Shown: one piece after another, positions 1 to 10,879 of the stretch
Layout: each line of letters starts with the position of its first letter
How positions within the stretch are numbered: position 1 is the first letter of the stretch
IMG/VR virus record: IMGVR_UViG_3300029711_000004
Source of the DNA: a virus
Taxonomy: Duplodnaviria; Heunggongvirae; Uroviricota; Caudoviricetes
Strand: one strand, 5' to 3'
DNA: 64,000 bases
Notes under the pieces: generated by a model
The model's input: the letters and a program-made list of their open reading frames with translations, nothing else
Database searches by the model: none
What the model was told of the DNA's origin: nothing
Made by a program: the position numbers and the translations under genes

Positions 1-902
1 CGGGCCATATCTCGCGCGGCTCCGACACGGGCACTGTGTCCAGACCAGGCCAGGTATCTCTGCCCAGAGTCATCCTTAGCGCCGTAAATCAATCGATGAG
101 TTGCTTCAAAAATCCCTTCCAGAGCGCGAGTTGATAGCTGGCTGGTGGCAGATGGCGCGGCAACACCATTTTTTCTGACACGGCAAAACAGGTAGTTATT
201 CGGATCATCAGCCACACCAGAGACAGAAATCCATCGCTCGACCAGTTTAGTTACCCCCAGGCTAAGTGCCTTCTCTACACCTGCGGTGCTAACCAGTGTT
301 TTCGTTCTGCCAATATGGATTAACATTCTCCCACCGTCAGTACGTGAGATATCTTTAACCCTGATCCTGGCAATTTCGGCTATACGTAACAGGGTGTTAT
401 AAGCAATCCCCAGAAATGCCAGATTCCGTATATCCTGGCAGCGATCGCTATTTTCCATGAGTGAACGAACCTGGTCGAAATCAGTGCGTTCGAACGCCAA
501 TGCCTGTTTTGCACGTTCACCGGCATCAACGTTTTCTTTTCGAATCCGCCGCATGACCAGTGAAACAGCATTACTGTCACTTGGTCGTGACAGCCCGGAC
601 CGACGATGAAGCATGTTTAGCTGGCCCAAATGTTGCTGGATAGTTTTTACTGCCAGACCGCGCGCCTGAAGATATAGAAGATAATCGCGAACATCTTCAG
701 GTTCTGCGGGAAACCATTTCCGGTTATTCAACTTGCACCATGCCGCCCACGACCGGCAAACGGACAGAAGCATTTTCCAGGTATGCTCAGAAAACGCCTG
801 GCGATCCCTGAACATGTCCATCAGGTTCTTGCGAACCTCATCACTCGTTGCATCGACCGGTAATGCAGGCAAATTTTGGTGTACGGTCAGTAAATTGGAC
901 AT
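1..902 (-). CDS. cre: Cre tyrosine site-specific recombinase; C-terminal part lost at the window edge
   Basis: Minus-strand translation from ATG at 902 reads MSNLLTVHQNLPALPVDATSDEVRKNLMDMFRDRQAFSEHTWK...; loxP lies 419 bp upstream. Confidence 0.96.
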   Translation of the reverse strand, partial: MSNLLTVHQNLPALPVDATSDEVRKNLMDMFRDRQAFSEHTWKMLLSVCRSWAAWCKLNNRKWFPAEPEDVRDYLLYLQARGLAVKTIQQHLGQLNMLHRRSGLSRPSDSNAVSLVMRRIRKENVDAGERAKQALAFERTDFDQVRSLMENSDRCQDIRNLAFLGIAYNTLLRIAEIARIRVKDISRTDGGRMLIHIGRTKTLVSTAGVEKALSLGVTKLVERWISVSGVADDPNNYLFCRVRKNGVAAPSATSQLSTRALEGIFEATHRLIYGAKDDSGQRYLAWSGHSARVGAARDMA

Positions 903-909
903 TTAACAC

Positions 910-1131
910 TCAGATAATGGTTTTAAGTAAAGTGTACAGGATCGGCTCTGCCTTTACCTGTTTATGGTTCTCGTCATAGAAACGCCAGCGACCGCGCGTG
1001 CGTTCTATTTTCTCTTCACCGCGCGATAATGACAGTTGACAACTATCACGATCAAACCCTTTTGCCCGCCAGTAACCACGGTTTTTCTCAAGCTCAATAT
1101 GAGTGGACACTTTAGCAGCTGAATATCCCAT
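910..1131 (-). CDS. Small hypothetical protein (73 aa) directly upstream of cre; position of P1 cra
   Basis: ORF track; 8 bp from cre start, same strand; identity to cra recalled, not verified. Confidence 0.4.
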   Translation of the reverse strand: MGYSAAKVSTHIELEKNRGYWRAKGFDRDSCQLSLSRGEEKIERTRGRWRFYDENHKQVKAEPILYTLLKTII

Positions 1132-1228
1132 TTTTCACCTCTGATTGATTGGTGGTGCTAAGTGCGCTACGCGAAATCTGGAGCACTAACACTGCCAACA
1201 TTTCACAGATTTTACGTAGCGCAACCTT

Positions 1229-1248
1229 GATCAAATGATCAAGTGATC
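1229..1248. promoter_or_regulatory. Cluster of three GATC (Dam) sites in the cre upstream region
   Basis: ttGATCaaatGATCaagtGATCac; P1 cre has a Dam-sensitive promoter. Confidence 0.5.
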
Positions 1249-1320
1249 ACTATTTGACCTGATAAGGTATTGAACTGTATGGATTTACAGGTAAATTGAT
1301 CATGTTCAATAACCCTTAAG

Positions 1321-1354
1321 ATAACTTCGTATAATGTATGCTATACGAAGTTAT
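1321..1354. other. loxP: loxP recombination site
   Basis: Exact ATAACTTCGTATA-ATGTATGC-TATACGAAGTTAT 34-mer. Confidence 0.98.
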
Positions 1355-1397
1355 TAGGTCCGAAGAGGAGTTTACGTCCAGCTGCGCATAAAAATCA

Positions 1398-1414
1398 AGA
1401 ATTATTAGAGCAAT
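1398..1414 (-). promoter_or_regulatory. C1 operator (Op99-type), reverse orientation
   Basis: agaATTATTAGAGCAAT, 15/17 to AAATTTATTAGAGCAAT. Confidence 0.65.
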
Positions 1415-1480
1415 AAATTTTGAGAGAAAAATCCCACTCCACCAGCCAAAAACTGGATTGTTTTTCATTGTTGTTTGACA

Positions 1481-1497
1481 ATTGCTCTAATAAATTA
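1481..1497 (+). promoter_or_regulatory. C1 operator (Op99-type)
   Basis: ATTGCTCTAATAAATTa, 16/17 to consensus ATTGCTCTAATAAATTT. Confidence 0.75.
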
Positions 1498-1735
1498 TAG
1501 TTTTGCCGCCGTTTCGTAATACGACTTTGGATTCACTATTTAATGTGTCTTCAGCGTTGTAGAGCGGCTCAGAAGGAAATGAGCAAACAGGGAAACCTTA
1601 TACAACGGCATTACAGCTATGCATTGCTCATCTTACACACAGCGCAATGTTGTTAGATTACCCCAGCATGGATCATGGGTGAAACAGTAGGTCAGAGCTT
1701 CAGGCTCTGTGTTGTCAATACAGTGAGGCATAATT

Positions 1736-1945
1736 ATGGCTTTCATTCCACCAACCATCGACGACGTTAGACATTGCTCTAACGCTTTATCTGTAGACCC
1801 TGCCGAAACCGACGCTGCCCGCGCCATTGCTGAACACTACTCAAAGATATCCAATCAGGAGTACCGCATCACCCAAGACGACCTGGATGATCTCACTGAC
1901 ACAATCGAATATCTCATGGCCACTAACCAGCCAGACTCACAATAA
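1736..1945 (+). CDS. coi: Coi, C1 inactivator (69 aa)
   Basis: 69-aa ORF directly upstream of c1, downstream of the operator cluster; matches P1 coi size and position. Confidence 0.8.
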   Translation: MAFIPPTIDDVRHCSNALSVDPAETDAARAIAEHYSKISNQEYRITQDDLDDLTDTIEYLMATNQPDSQ

Positions 1946-2055
1946 ATGCACTAATAAATCTATTATTTTCGTTGGATCCTTCTATAATGGTGGCCAACAA
2001 CTCCCAGTGTAATCCGCTGTGAGTTGTTGGCCATGTCAATTCTGGAGGAGGATCA

Positions 2056-2907
2056 ATGATAAATTATGTCTACGGCGAACAACTGTACCAGGAGTTCGTC
2101 AGCTTCAGGGATCTCTTTCTAAAAAAAGCTGTTGCACGCGCCCAACACGTTGATGCCGCCAGCGACGGTCGTCCTGTACGCCCGGTTGTCGTTCTGCCGT
2201 TCAAAGAAACGGACAGCATTCAGGCTGAAATTGATAAATGGACTTTAATGGCGCGAGAACTGGAACAGTACCCAGACCTCAATATCCCAAAGACTATTTT
2301 ATATCCAGTGCCTAACATCCTTCGCGGTGTGCGTAAGGTTACAACTTATCAGACAGAAGCTGTGAACAGCGTCAACATGACCGCTGGCCGCATTATTCAT
2401 CTGATTGATAAGGACATTCGCATCCAGAAAAGCGCGGGGATCAATGAGCACAGTGCGAAATACATAGAGAACCTGGAAGCAACAAAAGAGCTAATGAAGC
2501 AGTACCCGGAGGATGAAAAATTCCGTATGCGTGTACACGGCTTTAGCGAAACAATGCTGCGCGTCCATTACATTTCCAGTAGCCCTAACTACAATGATGG
2601 TAAATCAGTTAGTTACCATGTGCCGCTGTGTGGTGTGTTTATCTGCGATGAAACTCTCCGTGATGGAATCATCATCAACGGTGAATTCGAGAAAGCAAAA
2701 TTTAGCCTTTATGACTCTATAGAACCGATCATCTGCGACCGCTGGCCGCAGGCAAAAATATATCGCCTGGCAGATATTGAAAATGTAAAAAAACAAATTG
2801 CCATCACTCGCGAAGAGAAAAAGGTCAAATCAGCCGCATCAGTTACGCGCAGCCGTAAAACTAAGAAGGGGCAGCCAGTAAACGACAACCCCGAAAGCGC
2901 GCAATAG
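2056..2907 (+). CDS. c1: C1 repressor of lytic functions (283 aa)
   Basis: 283-aa ORF starting MINYVYGEQLYQEF; immC position between coi and pacB; cognate operators across the window. Confidence 0.9.
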   Translation: MINYVYGEQLYQEFVSFRDLFLKKAVARAQHVDAASDGRPVRPVVVLPFKETDSIQAEIDKWTLMARELEQYPDLNIPKTILYPVPNILRGVRKVTTYQTEAVNSVNMTAGRIIHLIDKDIRIQKSAGINEHSAKYIENLEATKELMKQYPEDEKFRMRVHGFSETMLRVHYISSSPNYNDGKSVSYHVPLCGVFICDETLRDGIIINGEFEKAKFSLYDSIEPIICDRWPQAKIYRLADIENVKKQIAITREEKKVKSAASVTRSRKTKKGQPVNDNPESAQ

Positions 2908-2931
2908 TTTCTATCCGGCATGGTTAATGAG

Positions 2932-4416
2932 TTATTCATTAAGCCATGCCAGAGCTTCATCAACCTGCGCTTCGTCTTCGACGCTAAGCACTTCATCCTG
3001 GGGAACATAGTTCGCCAACATAGCGAAACAATATGTATCCCAATGGTCCGGTGAGTGCAGGTTGAGTTTTTTCTTCATATCTTCCTTTGACATCACCTTC
3101 CATTGACCTGCGGAATTTATCCCTACCGGTATCTTTGATGCTTCCTCTATAGTCGCAGCCCCCTTATCAAGCCTCATACGCCCTGATTTTACAGCTTCTG
3201 CCGCCTGAATATTCGCGAAAGCGCGCATATCGAAATAAAGGCTTTTATCTTCACGGCTGTGCATCTTTTTACCCCAGCGGATACGCTGGACGGTAATGCC
3301 ATAGCGTTCGTACATTAGATCAGCCGTCGATTTCCCCAAGCCATCGCCATCAATAGCTATGGTTATGTTCGGGAACCGTTCTGGGTTACATTCTGCGAAA
3401 ATCTTGGCGGCTAACTGCGTTTCTGTAACGTCTGTGTATTCCAGCATACGATAGTTGATTACACGGCGTTTATTTCGCTGGCCGGACACCATCATGATAT
3501 TAATAACGGACTTATCTCGTCCTGTGCCACCAGCAACGTCAACACATGCAACCCAGCCCCATCCTTTGGCAATCTTGACCTTTCGCCGCGTCGCCCGCTC
3601 AACCTCATCACGACCAAGAAGAAAGCCATCTTGAGATTTGGGAAATTCACCACGTACTTTGATCATGTACATGGGGTTATCACGACCGCCATACTCCGCA
3701 AGTTTTGCTCGTATAAATTTTGCATCTACAAGCGGAGATTCTTCACTATTCAGTATTATCGCAGTAAACAATCCATCAGGATTTCCCGGGCGAATAGCTA
3801 GTCTGTGGTGTGAATCGTAGAAATAGCCTGAAGGTCGCGTAGGCTGGGAAAGAAGCAGAATACGGTTATCCTTACCGGTCAGCGCACCTGTTATCACACT
3901 GAATGCTTTATCACTCACACCCGACGCTTCGTCGATGATATACAAGAGATGATCGGCGTGTTCACCAGCCAACGCCTCCTCATTCCCGGGGCGACAGGAC
4001 TTTATCAATATTGTCCAAACACCCTTGCCAGTCACCTCAAAAAAAGACGTTTCTGTAAGAATGAAATACTTCGACAACCACGGGAATCTGCTAACAGCAG
4101 TAGCCCAATTGCTCTTTATGTATTTGAAAATACCATCAAGGACTTGCTGTCTTTTGTTAGCGACCAGAATGACGCGAGCGCCGGGGAAAAACATGATGAA
4201 GAGTATTGCAATGATACTCGTCATATCCGATTTACCAGTACCATGGCCGGAGGTCACACTTGTCCAACTGCCGTCCTGCTGCGTGGACTCAATGATCTCA
4301 TCCTGCTGCCAGGTTGGTGTCTTCCCAAACAACACATCAGCGGCCGCAATCCAGTCATAACGATATAGCGCCACAAGCTCGCGCCAACGTGGGTCCGTTA
4401 CGCAACTTCTGGCCAT
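2932..4416 (-). CDS. pacB: PacB terminase large subunit (494 aa)
   Basis: Walker A GHGTGKS; overlaps pacA stop; P1 order pacA-pacB-c1. Confidence 0.85.
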
Positions 4417-5609
4417 TAATCATCATCCCCGTACAGTTTGCGGGTAACTTCTTCGTCTTCCTCCTCGTCTTCGTCCAGATCCTGTTCAAGCCATGCTTCG
4501 TTTGATATGCCTTCCGCATCGACATCACCATAACCACCTGTATCGACGATATCGGCAATTTCTTCTCTACGATGCTCAATCCACAATGCGGCATCAGCGC
4601 GGCGGCTGGCGGCCCGTTCTCGCGCGATTTTATCCAGATCTTCAAGTGATGGAGCGCCAGATGCTGTTTGGTTTTCCTCATCATCGGTATTGGTCTTAGG
4701 AGCACGCAGATCGGCTTTGATTTGCTCCAGCATCAGGGGAGGCACTTTTCCTCCATGCGCCTCGATGAATTCAGCCGCTTCCAGCACTGACCAGTTATTT
4801 TCACGCTTTCGTTCGTATGCCAGCTTAACAATGCCAGCTTGCCCCATAGATAAAGCGTGCTTTTCCGCCTCCCGGCTTTCTTTTCGATAGTTATTCCGGA
4901 TGCTGTAAATGGTGTTGATCAGGCTGCTTATCTGCGCGGAACAGCTGTTTAGCATGCTCGCGATACGGTATTCAGGCGGAGTACCTTCATCATCGTCTTT
5001 TTGCTGATCGCGCATTTCCTGCACCAGGCGAATACACGTATCCCTGGCGTTCTCCAGCATAAGGAGATGAGAAAGAGACTTTTCCAGAAGAGTGGTTTCC
5101 AGAACATCGGCCCCGGACCGACGCAACATAGCGCGCGCGGCCTTCCGCGCTTCAACGTTATCTATCAGGTAATCGCCAGCTTCGAATTCAAAGCGTTCAC
5201 CATCATCATCCAGGGTGTCGCGTTCCAGGCGATCACGTAAGGTACGGTGGGCGCGGGTGATCACGTCATGATCATCAGAACGATCATTTATGCGCTTATT
5301 TTGGCGCTTAGCGTTCTCGACTGCGGCACTGACAACAGCATTAACTCTTTGTTTTTCAGCCATTTCAGCCACAATGTGATCACCTGCACGTTGATCATTA
5401 GCGTGATCAATGATCATGCTTTTTAGAGGCTTCCTGACTGGCTTATTTGGCTTGCGGCTGTCCGCTGTCCTGGTGTCTTCTTTGAAGGCACGGAGATAAC
5501 GACGTGCGGTATTAGGGTTAAGATTAAACTCGGCGGCATACTGTGCGATGGTGTAACCACCATCTCGCGCCAGGCGAGCAAAATTCTTCTTGTGATCGTC
5601 CCAGGTCAC
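4416..5609 (-). CDS. pacA: PacA terminase small subunit / pac-recognition protein (397 aa)
   Basis: 397-aa ORF containing the pac hexamer clusters in its 5' part. Confidence 0.85.
5231..5417. other. pac: pac packaging site: two clusters of TGATCA/G hexamers
   Basis: Four GATC hexamers at 5231-5287 and four at 5377-5417 inside pacA. Confidence 0.8.
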
Positions 5610-5695
5610 TTATGCTTCCTTTCGTATAAAACTCTTTTTGACGCGAGGGTAACGAAAGTCACATGTCAAAAGGCCCGGAACGGGCAAGCAATCAA

Positions 5696-6148
5696 TCAGA
5701 TACGTGCGGATGTGGCATTACCGTAATGACGGTGCTGACGGACCACCTTATTGAAAAGTTGACGCGCCATCACCCAAGGCTGGTGCTCCCGGCGTTCCTT
5801 TTCGTCCTGCGTCATATAGAGTTCGTTCTGGAGTTTTTCATCAAACCGGCGCGGAGCGCGGCTGCGGCGAAAGAATTCAGGATTCAGAGAGTGGATCTGA
5901 AATCTACGTGGGCGTGTACTGTCATCAATCAAAACAGACGAATACTTAGACACAGCGATAGCCTTTAAGCGCAGATAAACATCGCGCTTATCGACATCCA
6001 GATGCGGGTATTCCTTTTCAAGAATTGCTGCGAGTTCTTTCGCTGATAGAAGAGATTTAGTGCGGATCATGTAATCCGCAATCTCGTACGATGTTATTCG
6101 TGAGTGATTTATTTCCATGAAGTGGCGTCCCTGCCAGTTAAGTAACAT
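5696..6148 (-). CDS. lpa: Late promoter activator Lpa (gene 10), 150 aa
   Basis: 150-aa ORF upstream of pacA with C1 operator-like site upstream. Confidence 0.6.
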   Translation of the reverse strand: MLLNWQGRHFMEINHSRITSYEIADYMIRTKSLLSAKELAAILEKEYPHLDVDKRDVYLRLKAIAVSKYSSVLIDDSTRPRRFQIHSLNPEFFRRSRAPRRFDEKLQNELYMTQDEKERREHQPWVMARQLFNKVVRQHRHYGNATSARI

Positions 6149-6218
6149 CCTGTCACCTACTGATTAGCCCATGTCAACTAATCAACGTCGAATATAATAC
6201 CCTCGATTAAAGAAATAG

Positions 6219-6235
6219 CAATACATTAGAGCAAT
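6219..6235 (-). promoter_or_regulatory. C1 operator-like site upstream of lpa
   Basis: cAATaCATTAGAGCAAT, 14/17. Confidence 0.5.
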
Positions 6236-6236
6236 T

Positions 6237-7280
6237 TTATCTAACGCTCGACGAATGACTTGTGATAGCGCCAACTCCAAGCGCGTAATCAAAGAACAAT
6301 CGTTGATGCATCGCCAGCCTACCGTGCGTCTTCTCCCAATTATCGCGGTCACGCTCAATATCACGCTGGCATGACTGGCACAGAGGAATAGCATAAATGT
6401 CATGCGCGCATAATCGACTATGACGAACGATATAAGGCGTAATGTGAGCGCCAGCTCCCGCAGCTCCACAGCCACAGCATGGACGGGAAGCCACAAAGTC
6501 CATGTACTCGGGCAATTTTAGCGATTGAAGTTTTGGTATCTTGAAATGCGCCATACCTGGGTCGGAGTCAACATCCACAGGGCATACTTTTGCACGCATC
6601 GGCGCGGCGCGTTCTTCCATCATATGAACATATGCTGTAGCGCGATCGTCATACGGGCGAATATCCGCCTCTTTCAGAGGTCCGCTATCCTGCGGAGTAG
6701 CCTTCATCTTATTTATTGATATGCGGCAGACTTCTTCCGGCATCAGGTGCATCATGTTGCGCATGAAAGCCCACCAGCACAGCTCCTGAATACTTAAATC
6801 ATGGCTATTTGAAAGGCCCATTTCCTGACGGGCGACATCCAGTATCCAGTTAACGCGATTATTGTGCAGCGTTTCTTTCAGCTCATTAAAACCACGCATC
6901 CGGTAATGGTTATCGTGATGCCAGCACAACAACACCGCGCTATTGTCTCGTTCAGCGTGGACAATATGGTTGTCACACCAACTACGATCTGCGGCCTGGC
7001 ATTGACCCTCTTTCCTACGCAACCACGCCACCAGCGCGTCAATTCCACCAATACGGCGAAACAGTTCATCGCTGTTAAAAAACGGCTGCAACGCCTCATT
7101 TGTTGCCATGGTTTGCTCGGTAACAACGAGGCCGTCTTCCATGTGCTCGATTAACTCACGCGGCACCGGCTCCATAATAAATTTACGGCCAGCCTCCACC
7201 AGCTTTCTGACCTCCTGATCCACTTTGAACGTGGCGAGGCCAAGCTCTTTCTGTACAAAGGGAGTAATTACGGCTTTCAC
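6237..7280 (-). CDS. Hypothetical protein (347 aa) with Cys/His-rich C-terminal cluster; pdcB position
   Basis: ORF track; CCGCGAAGAG...CAHD...CQSCQ motif; between doc and lpa. Confidence 0.55.
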   Translation of the reverse strand: MKAVITPFVQKELGLATFKVDQEVRKLVEAGRKFIMEPVPRELIEHMEDGLVVTEQTMATNEALQPFFNSDELFRRIGGIDALVAWLRRKEGQCQAADRSWCDNHIVHAERDNSAVLLCWHHDNHYRMRGFNELKETLHNNRVNWILDVARQEMGLSNSHDLSIQELCWWAFMRNMMHLMPEEVCRISINKMKATPQDSGPLKEADIRPYDDRATAYVHMMEERAAPMRAKVCPVDVDSDPGMAHFKIPKLQSLKLPEYMDFVASRPCCGCGAAGAGAHITPYIVRHSRLCAHDIYAIPLCQSCQRDIERDRDNWEKTHGRLAMHQRLFFDYALGVGAITSHSSSVR

Positions 7281-7307
7281 ATCACACCTTTAATCACTGA
7301 TTGGGCT

Positions 7308-7487
7308 TTATCTGCTGCCCGGCATTCTCTGTTTAAGCACAACCATTTCCTGACGGCATAACACAGCAATAGCGGTCCTGACTCCAATTTGCTTACCAAC
7401 CAGGTATTGCTTTACCTTGCGGCGACTCACGCCATCAAGAAGCATCTTTAACGCTTCACGGGACAATTTGTTGTATTTGCGTGCCAT
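7308..7487 (-). CDS. Small basic protein downstream of doc (pdcA position); possible HTH
   Basis: ORF track; start moved to MARKYNKLS to clear doc stop. Confidence 0.45.
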   Translation of the reverse strand: MARKYNKLSREALKMLLDGVSRRKVKQYLVGKQIGVRTAIAVLCRQEMVVLKQRMPGSR

Positions 7488-7491
7488 TAAT

Positions 7492-7872
7492 CTACTCCGC
7501 AGAACCATACAATCTACGTAACGTGTCGGCGACAGAAGATACAGATATCTCGCCAGTCGCAGCGCCTACAGTAAGGTCTGCCAGTTCAGGTGAATCAAAT
7601 ACCTGCACCCCGTTACGGCGTAGAAATAGCAGCGCACTGTTTAGCGCGGTACGCTTATTGGCATCATTGAATATATGCCCTCTCGCTGTAGCCACCAGGT
7701 AGGTGGCGGAGACTTCGAAAAGGTCGGTGATCTCTTCGTAGGCAACTCTGGCCTGAACTCTCCCGATAATGGCCTCTGCCCTACCCGGATCAGACATTCC
7801 CGGCAGGCCGCCGTAGCGGCTTATATTCGCATCATGAAGCGCAATAAGTTCTTCCGGTGATATATGCCTCAT
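7492..7872 (-). CDS. doc: Doc toxin (126 aa), Fic-family translation inhibitor
   Basis: [22 protein letters not shown]...; phd stop overlaps doc start. Confidence 0.93.
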
Positions 7873-8093
7873 TATCGGTTAACCAGTTCCTTGTTGGTGG
7901 AGTCCAGTGTGTCAAACAGGGATGCAAATTCAGCATCCAGCGCCGCTTTTTTGTAGGCTTCGAAAGTAGCCTTGCTGACAATTACTGCTGGTTCACGGCC
8001 TCTGCGGGTGATTTCAACCTCTTCCCCGGCTTCAACATTGTTGAGCACTTCAGAAAGGTTGCCACGCGCGGTACGGAAGTTAATGGATTGCAT
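7872..8093 (-). CDS. phd: Phd antitoxin (73 aa)
   Basis: [49 protein letters not shown]... Confidence 0.93.
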
Positions 8094-8165
8094 AAACACC
8101 TCGTGTACTCGTTATGTGTACACAATTATAAACTTCACAGGCATAAAGCACCAGCACTTTGCAGC

Positions 8166-8555
8166 TTAAATAACCGGACAATCATCAAATTCCCCACTTC
8201 GGGCATCATTGATGACATGAGTGATCACACCAAAAACAGCATTACTGCCCGTGTATCCATCGTCATCTACTGGTAACGCCTCTTTCTTCCCGGTGCTTAA
8301 GTCCTCCAGGTGCTGGCGCGGATACTTCCTGTATCTCTTTATGCGATATTCACCCTCCATAGCGCACACAAGCAGAGAACCATCAACCGGAGTAAGCGAG
8401 GAATCAACCACCAGCAAAGCACCCTGCAATATTCCCTCACGGTGATGGCTATCAGCTGCCCGCATGAAGTAGGTCGCTGAAGGATGTCTAATTATCTGCT
8501 GATCAAGAGAAATTCGGCTTTCAACATAATCCGCCGCAGGAGAAGGGAAGCCCAT
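8166..8555 (-). CDS. humD: HumD, UmuD'-like S24 peptidase-domain protein (129 aa)
   Basis: LexA/UmuD C-terminal domain-like 129-aa ORF with LexA box upstream. Confidence 0.8.
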   Translation of the reverse strand: MGFPSPAADYVESRISLDQQIIRHPSATYFMRAADSHHREGILQGALLVVDSSLTPVDGSLLVCAMEGEYRIKRYRKYPRQHLEDLSTGKKEALPVDDDGYTGSNAVFGVITHVINDARSGEFDDCPVI

Positions 8556-8573
8556 AGCGTTTTACCTCAATGA

Positions 8574-8593
8574 TACTGTTTATTCATACAGTA
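8574..8593. promoter_or_regulatory. LexA (SOS) box upstream of humD
   Basis: TACTGTttattcatACAGTA, CTGT-N8-ACAG palindrome. Confidence 0.75.
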
Positions 8594-8678
8594 TACATTG
8601 AAAAGGCATAGTTTGTGAAAGCGGGGTTTGTAGGCGCGCCACGCTGGGGGCTAATCACATTTCTCCCCCATCTTGCCG

Positions 8679-8930
8679 TTATTTTTTTGGTGCATCCTCG
8701 TTCTGATACACCGGATCGCTCCCTTTTGGCAACTGGAGGCTTAACTGCCGGTAGTGCTGTAGCCGTTCCATGAAATAGGCGCGCAGGTTTTCCGGTTGCT
8801 CACGGGCCACCTGCTCTGCAATCACAGGTATATTCAGCCGTTCTTTGTAAGCAACGCCGCTGGCGGCAAGGTCTACGTTCACCTTGTCTCGCTCTTCCTG
8901 GCTTTTAGCTGCTATATTTCGATCTGACAC
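8679..8930 (-). CDS. hot: Hot, homolog of DNA polymerase III theta subunit (83 aa)
   Basis: [43 protein letters not shown] closely matches E. coli HolE. Confidence 0.85.
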   Translation of the reverse strand: MSDRNIAAKSQEERDKVNVDLAASGVAYKERLNIPVIAEQVAREQPENLRAYFMERLQHYRQLSLQLPKGSDPVYQNEDAPKK

Positions 8931-8962
8931 AAGAAACCTCCAGGAGTTAGTGGATCAGGCAC

Positions 8963-9313
8963 ATGCACAATAACGTTCTCAATGTTAGCCGTTCAATTCA
9001 GACAATCAGGGACTGCACCAGTGTGGTGGCATCAATCCCATTGCGAAACAGCATAGACGAACTGCAAATTCGTGTATTGAATCCGAATCAGGCTAATAAG
9101 CAATTGCGCTTTATTTTGACGCTGAAAAGTGAAACAGAGGGGATAAAGCACAGCGTAAAAGTGTTTTCTGAGGCCATTCTGCTTAATGGGAAGCTCCGGC
9201 ATCTGGTAAGGCCAGAACGTCAATATCCTGACGTCCTGGCGCGTGAAAAAGACCTTCTTTCTGAAGTTCAGGATAGGGTGATCGATTTCGTCAAATGCTA
9301 TCCCCTGCATTGA
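8963..9313 (+). CDS. Hypothetical protein (116 aa), plus strand within a minus-strand block
   Basis: ORF track only; weak RBS; AT-rich gap. Confidence 0.3.
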   Translation: MHNNVLNVSRSIQTIRDCTSVVASIPLRNSIDELQIRVLNPNQANKQLRFILTLKSETEGIKHSVKVFSEAILLNGKLRHLVRPERQYPDVLAREKDLLSEVQDRVIDFVKCYPLH

Positions 9314-9582
9314 GGGCAGGTGTTCCCTTCCGCAAAGTAGGGAAAATTGCTATCAAGTTCATCACACCATCTGCGATGGTCGTAGCACCAAAACGCCTCC
9401 CACGGTGCACGGAAATACTTCATCCACCAGGACACTCGATCAGGTATATCTGCTGGTGGCAGTTCTTCTGGCAATAATTTGCCTGATAATTCCCTTTCCG
9501 CCCGCGACAGCATTTTTTTGAGGCTCGCGTTCTCTTTTTCAAGCTCATCTACGCGCACCTGTAATTCAGCTTTCGTTGGCAT
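9298..9582 (-). CDS. Hypothetical coiled-coil protein with C-terminal CPQC zinc-ribbon-like motif (94 aa)
   Basis: ORF track; start moved to MPTKAEL, 11 nt after upstream stop. Confidence 0.5.
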   Translation of the reverse strand: MPTKAELQVRVDELEKENASLKKMLSRAERELSGKLLPEELPPADIPDRVSWWMKYFRAPWEAFWCYDHRRWCDELDSNFPYFAEGNTCPQCRG

Positions 9583-10216
9583 GGTCCACCTCATGCTTTT
9601 CAGCCACCAGCGGCAATAAAGCCCTGGCCATCTTATGAACCAATAGTGCATCAATAATGCCAAGCGTATGCCCCGGCTTAATGTTTAATGCCGCCTCAAG
9701 GCGACACCTTTCCAGGCCACTTTTCTCGGCTTGTTTATGATGATCTGGTGTAATAACGTCGCCCAAAACACGGCTAATTCTTTCTCGTAATTGCTGGGTG
9801 CCAGCACACTTGATCGCTGTATCGTGGAGACGGTTAACCAGTTCGCGATAAACATGCGGCTTAATTCGGATACGTTCACCGGTGACGCCCTTTCCTGGTG
9901 CTGGCACCGAACTATCCGGAATATCCGGATAGTTGCCAGCCTCGTAAGCTACCCGCAGCCAGTGCATGAATGTTTCAGTGGACACACAACCACAGTCCAC
10001 ATCGATTTTCCCGCGTTGCTGTTCCAGCCAATGCTCAAAATTCAATCTACACGTATTACTTTCATGTTGCTCTTTTTGTCTCAAGGCCAGCATCTGCTGG
10101 GCTATTTCCAATACTTCATCTGCCGTATATCCAGCACCGTGACCATACATTTCGATACGGGAAATAATCTCTGATATGCGCTCTTCAGTGATTCTGGTCA
10201 TTTCTTTTTGCGCCAT
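9566..10216 (-). CDS. Hypothetical protein (216 aa)
   Basis: ORF track; same-strand operon context. Confidence 0.55.
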   Translation of the reverse strand: MAQKEMTRITEERISEIISRIEMYGHGAGYTADEVLEIAQQMLALRQKEQHESNTCRLNFEHWLEQQRGKIDVDCGCVSTETFMHWLRVAYEAGNYPDIPDSSVPAPGKGVTGERIRIKPHVYRELVNRLHDTAIKCAGTQQLRERISRVLGDVITPDHHKQAEKSGLERCRLEAALNIKPGHTLGIIDALLVHKMARALLPLVAEKHEVDHANES

Positions 10217-10572
10217 TTCTTTTCACATTCCTTAGTCCATTCTTCAATGTTCATTTTGGCAATATCAGTCATTCCATCACCTAAGAAATACTTTTTCCGG
10301 TATGTCTTGCACTTAACCCACACTACAACAGCCACCAGCCAGAAAATAAAAGGCCATATAGCAATACCAACGACAGCCGCGATAAAGCCCAATAGCCATA
10401 AATGAAGCTCTCCAACTTCTGTTTGCGGCAATATTCTTAAAGAATTAAACAGCAGACTGAAGGAATGGTCGTATGCATTGGCGGTATAAGACATGCAATC
10501 CATATAATTAAAGTCATAGCCTGCGGCTGCCGCCCATAATGGGCGGTCAAGAAAATGTTTTAGTGTCATCAT
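10198..10572 (-). CDS. Small membrane protein (124 aa) with central hydrophobic helices and K-rich tail
   Basis: LHLWLLGFIAAVVGIAIWPFIFWLVAVVVWV hydrophobic segment; AT-rich locus. Confidence 0.6.
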   Translation of the reverse strand: MMTLKHFLDRPLWAAAAGYDFNYMDCMSYTANAYDHSFSLLFNSLRILPQTEVGELHLWLLGFIAAVVGIAIWPFIFWLVAVVVWVKCKTYRKKYFLGDGMTDIAKMNIEEWTKECEKKWRKKK

Positions 10573-10578
10573 ATAAAT

Positions 10579-10872
10579 TTAAGGTTCAGACCAGTTATCT
10601 TCAATAGCAATGCTTAATCTTTGTAGCCATTCTGCTAATTTCAGCATTGCTTCTCTTTCGCTTAAACCACGAGGAAAATCATCAAGCGAAATTGTTGGCT
10701 TGAAGCCCCCGTAATTATCCATTTCAACAGTCAGATTTTGCTCCAGCACGGTATTCCTTACGCGGCTATTGTGCCGAAGCAAATATACTGAACGTGATTT
10801 ATTGGTTTTATGGTCAAACTGATATTCGGTAAGTATCATCTGGCTTTTGCCATGACTATTACCTCTCCACAT
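10579..10872 (-). CDS. Hypothetical soluble protein (97 aa)
   Basis: Start ATG at 10872 preceded by GAGGT that overlaps the stop of the upstream peptide ORF. Confidence 0.6.
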   Translation of the reverse strand: MWRGNSHGKSQMILTEYQFDHKTNKSRSVYLLRHNSRVRNTVLEQNLTVEMDNYGGFKPTISLDDFPRGLSEREAMLKLAEWLQRLSIAIEDNWSEP

Positions 10873-10879
10873 ACTTACC

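Noticed and set aside
1-1354. Cre as evidence for an integrated element with an att site
   Set aside because: The exact loxP 34-mer with cre beside the plasmid replicon and partition genes indicates the P1 dimer-resolution and cyclisation system, not chromosomal integration.
3949-4368. Plus-strand ORFs of 139 and 111 aa
   Set aside because: They lie antisense inside pacB, which has a clear terminase Walker A motif and operon context.
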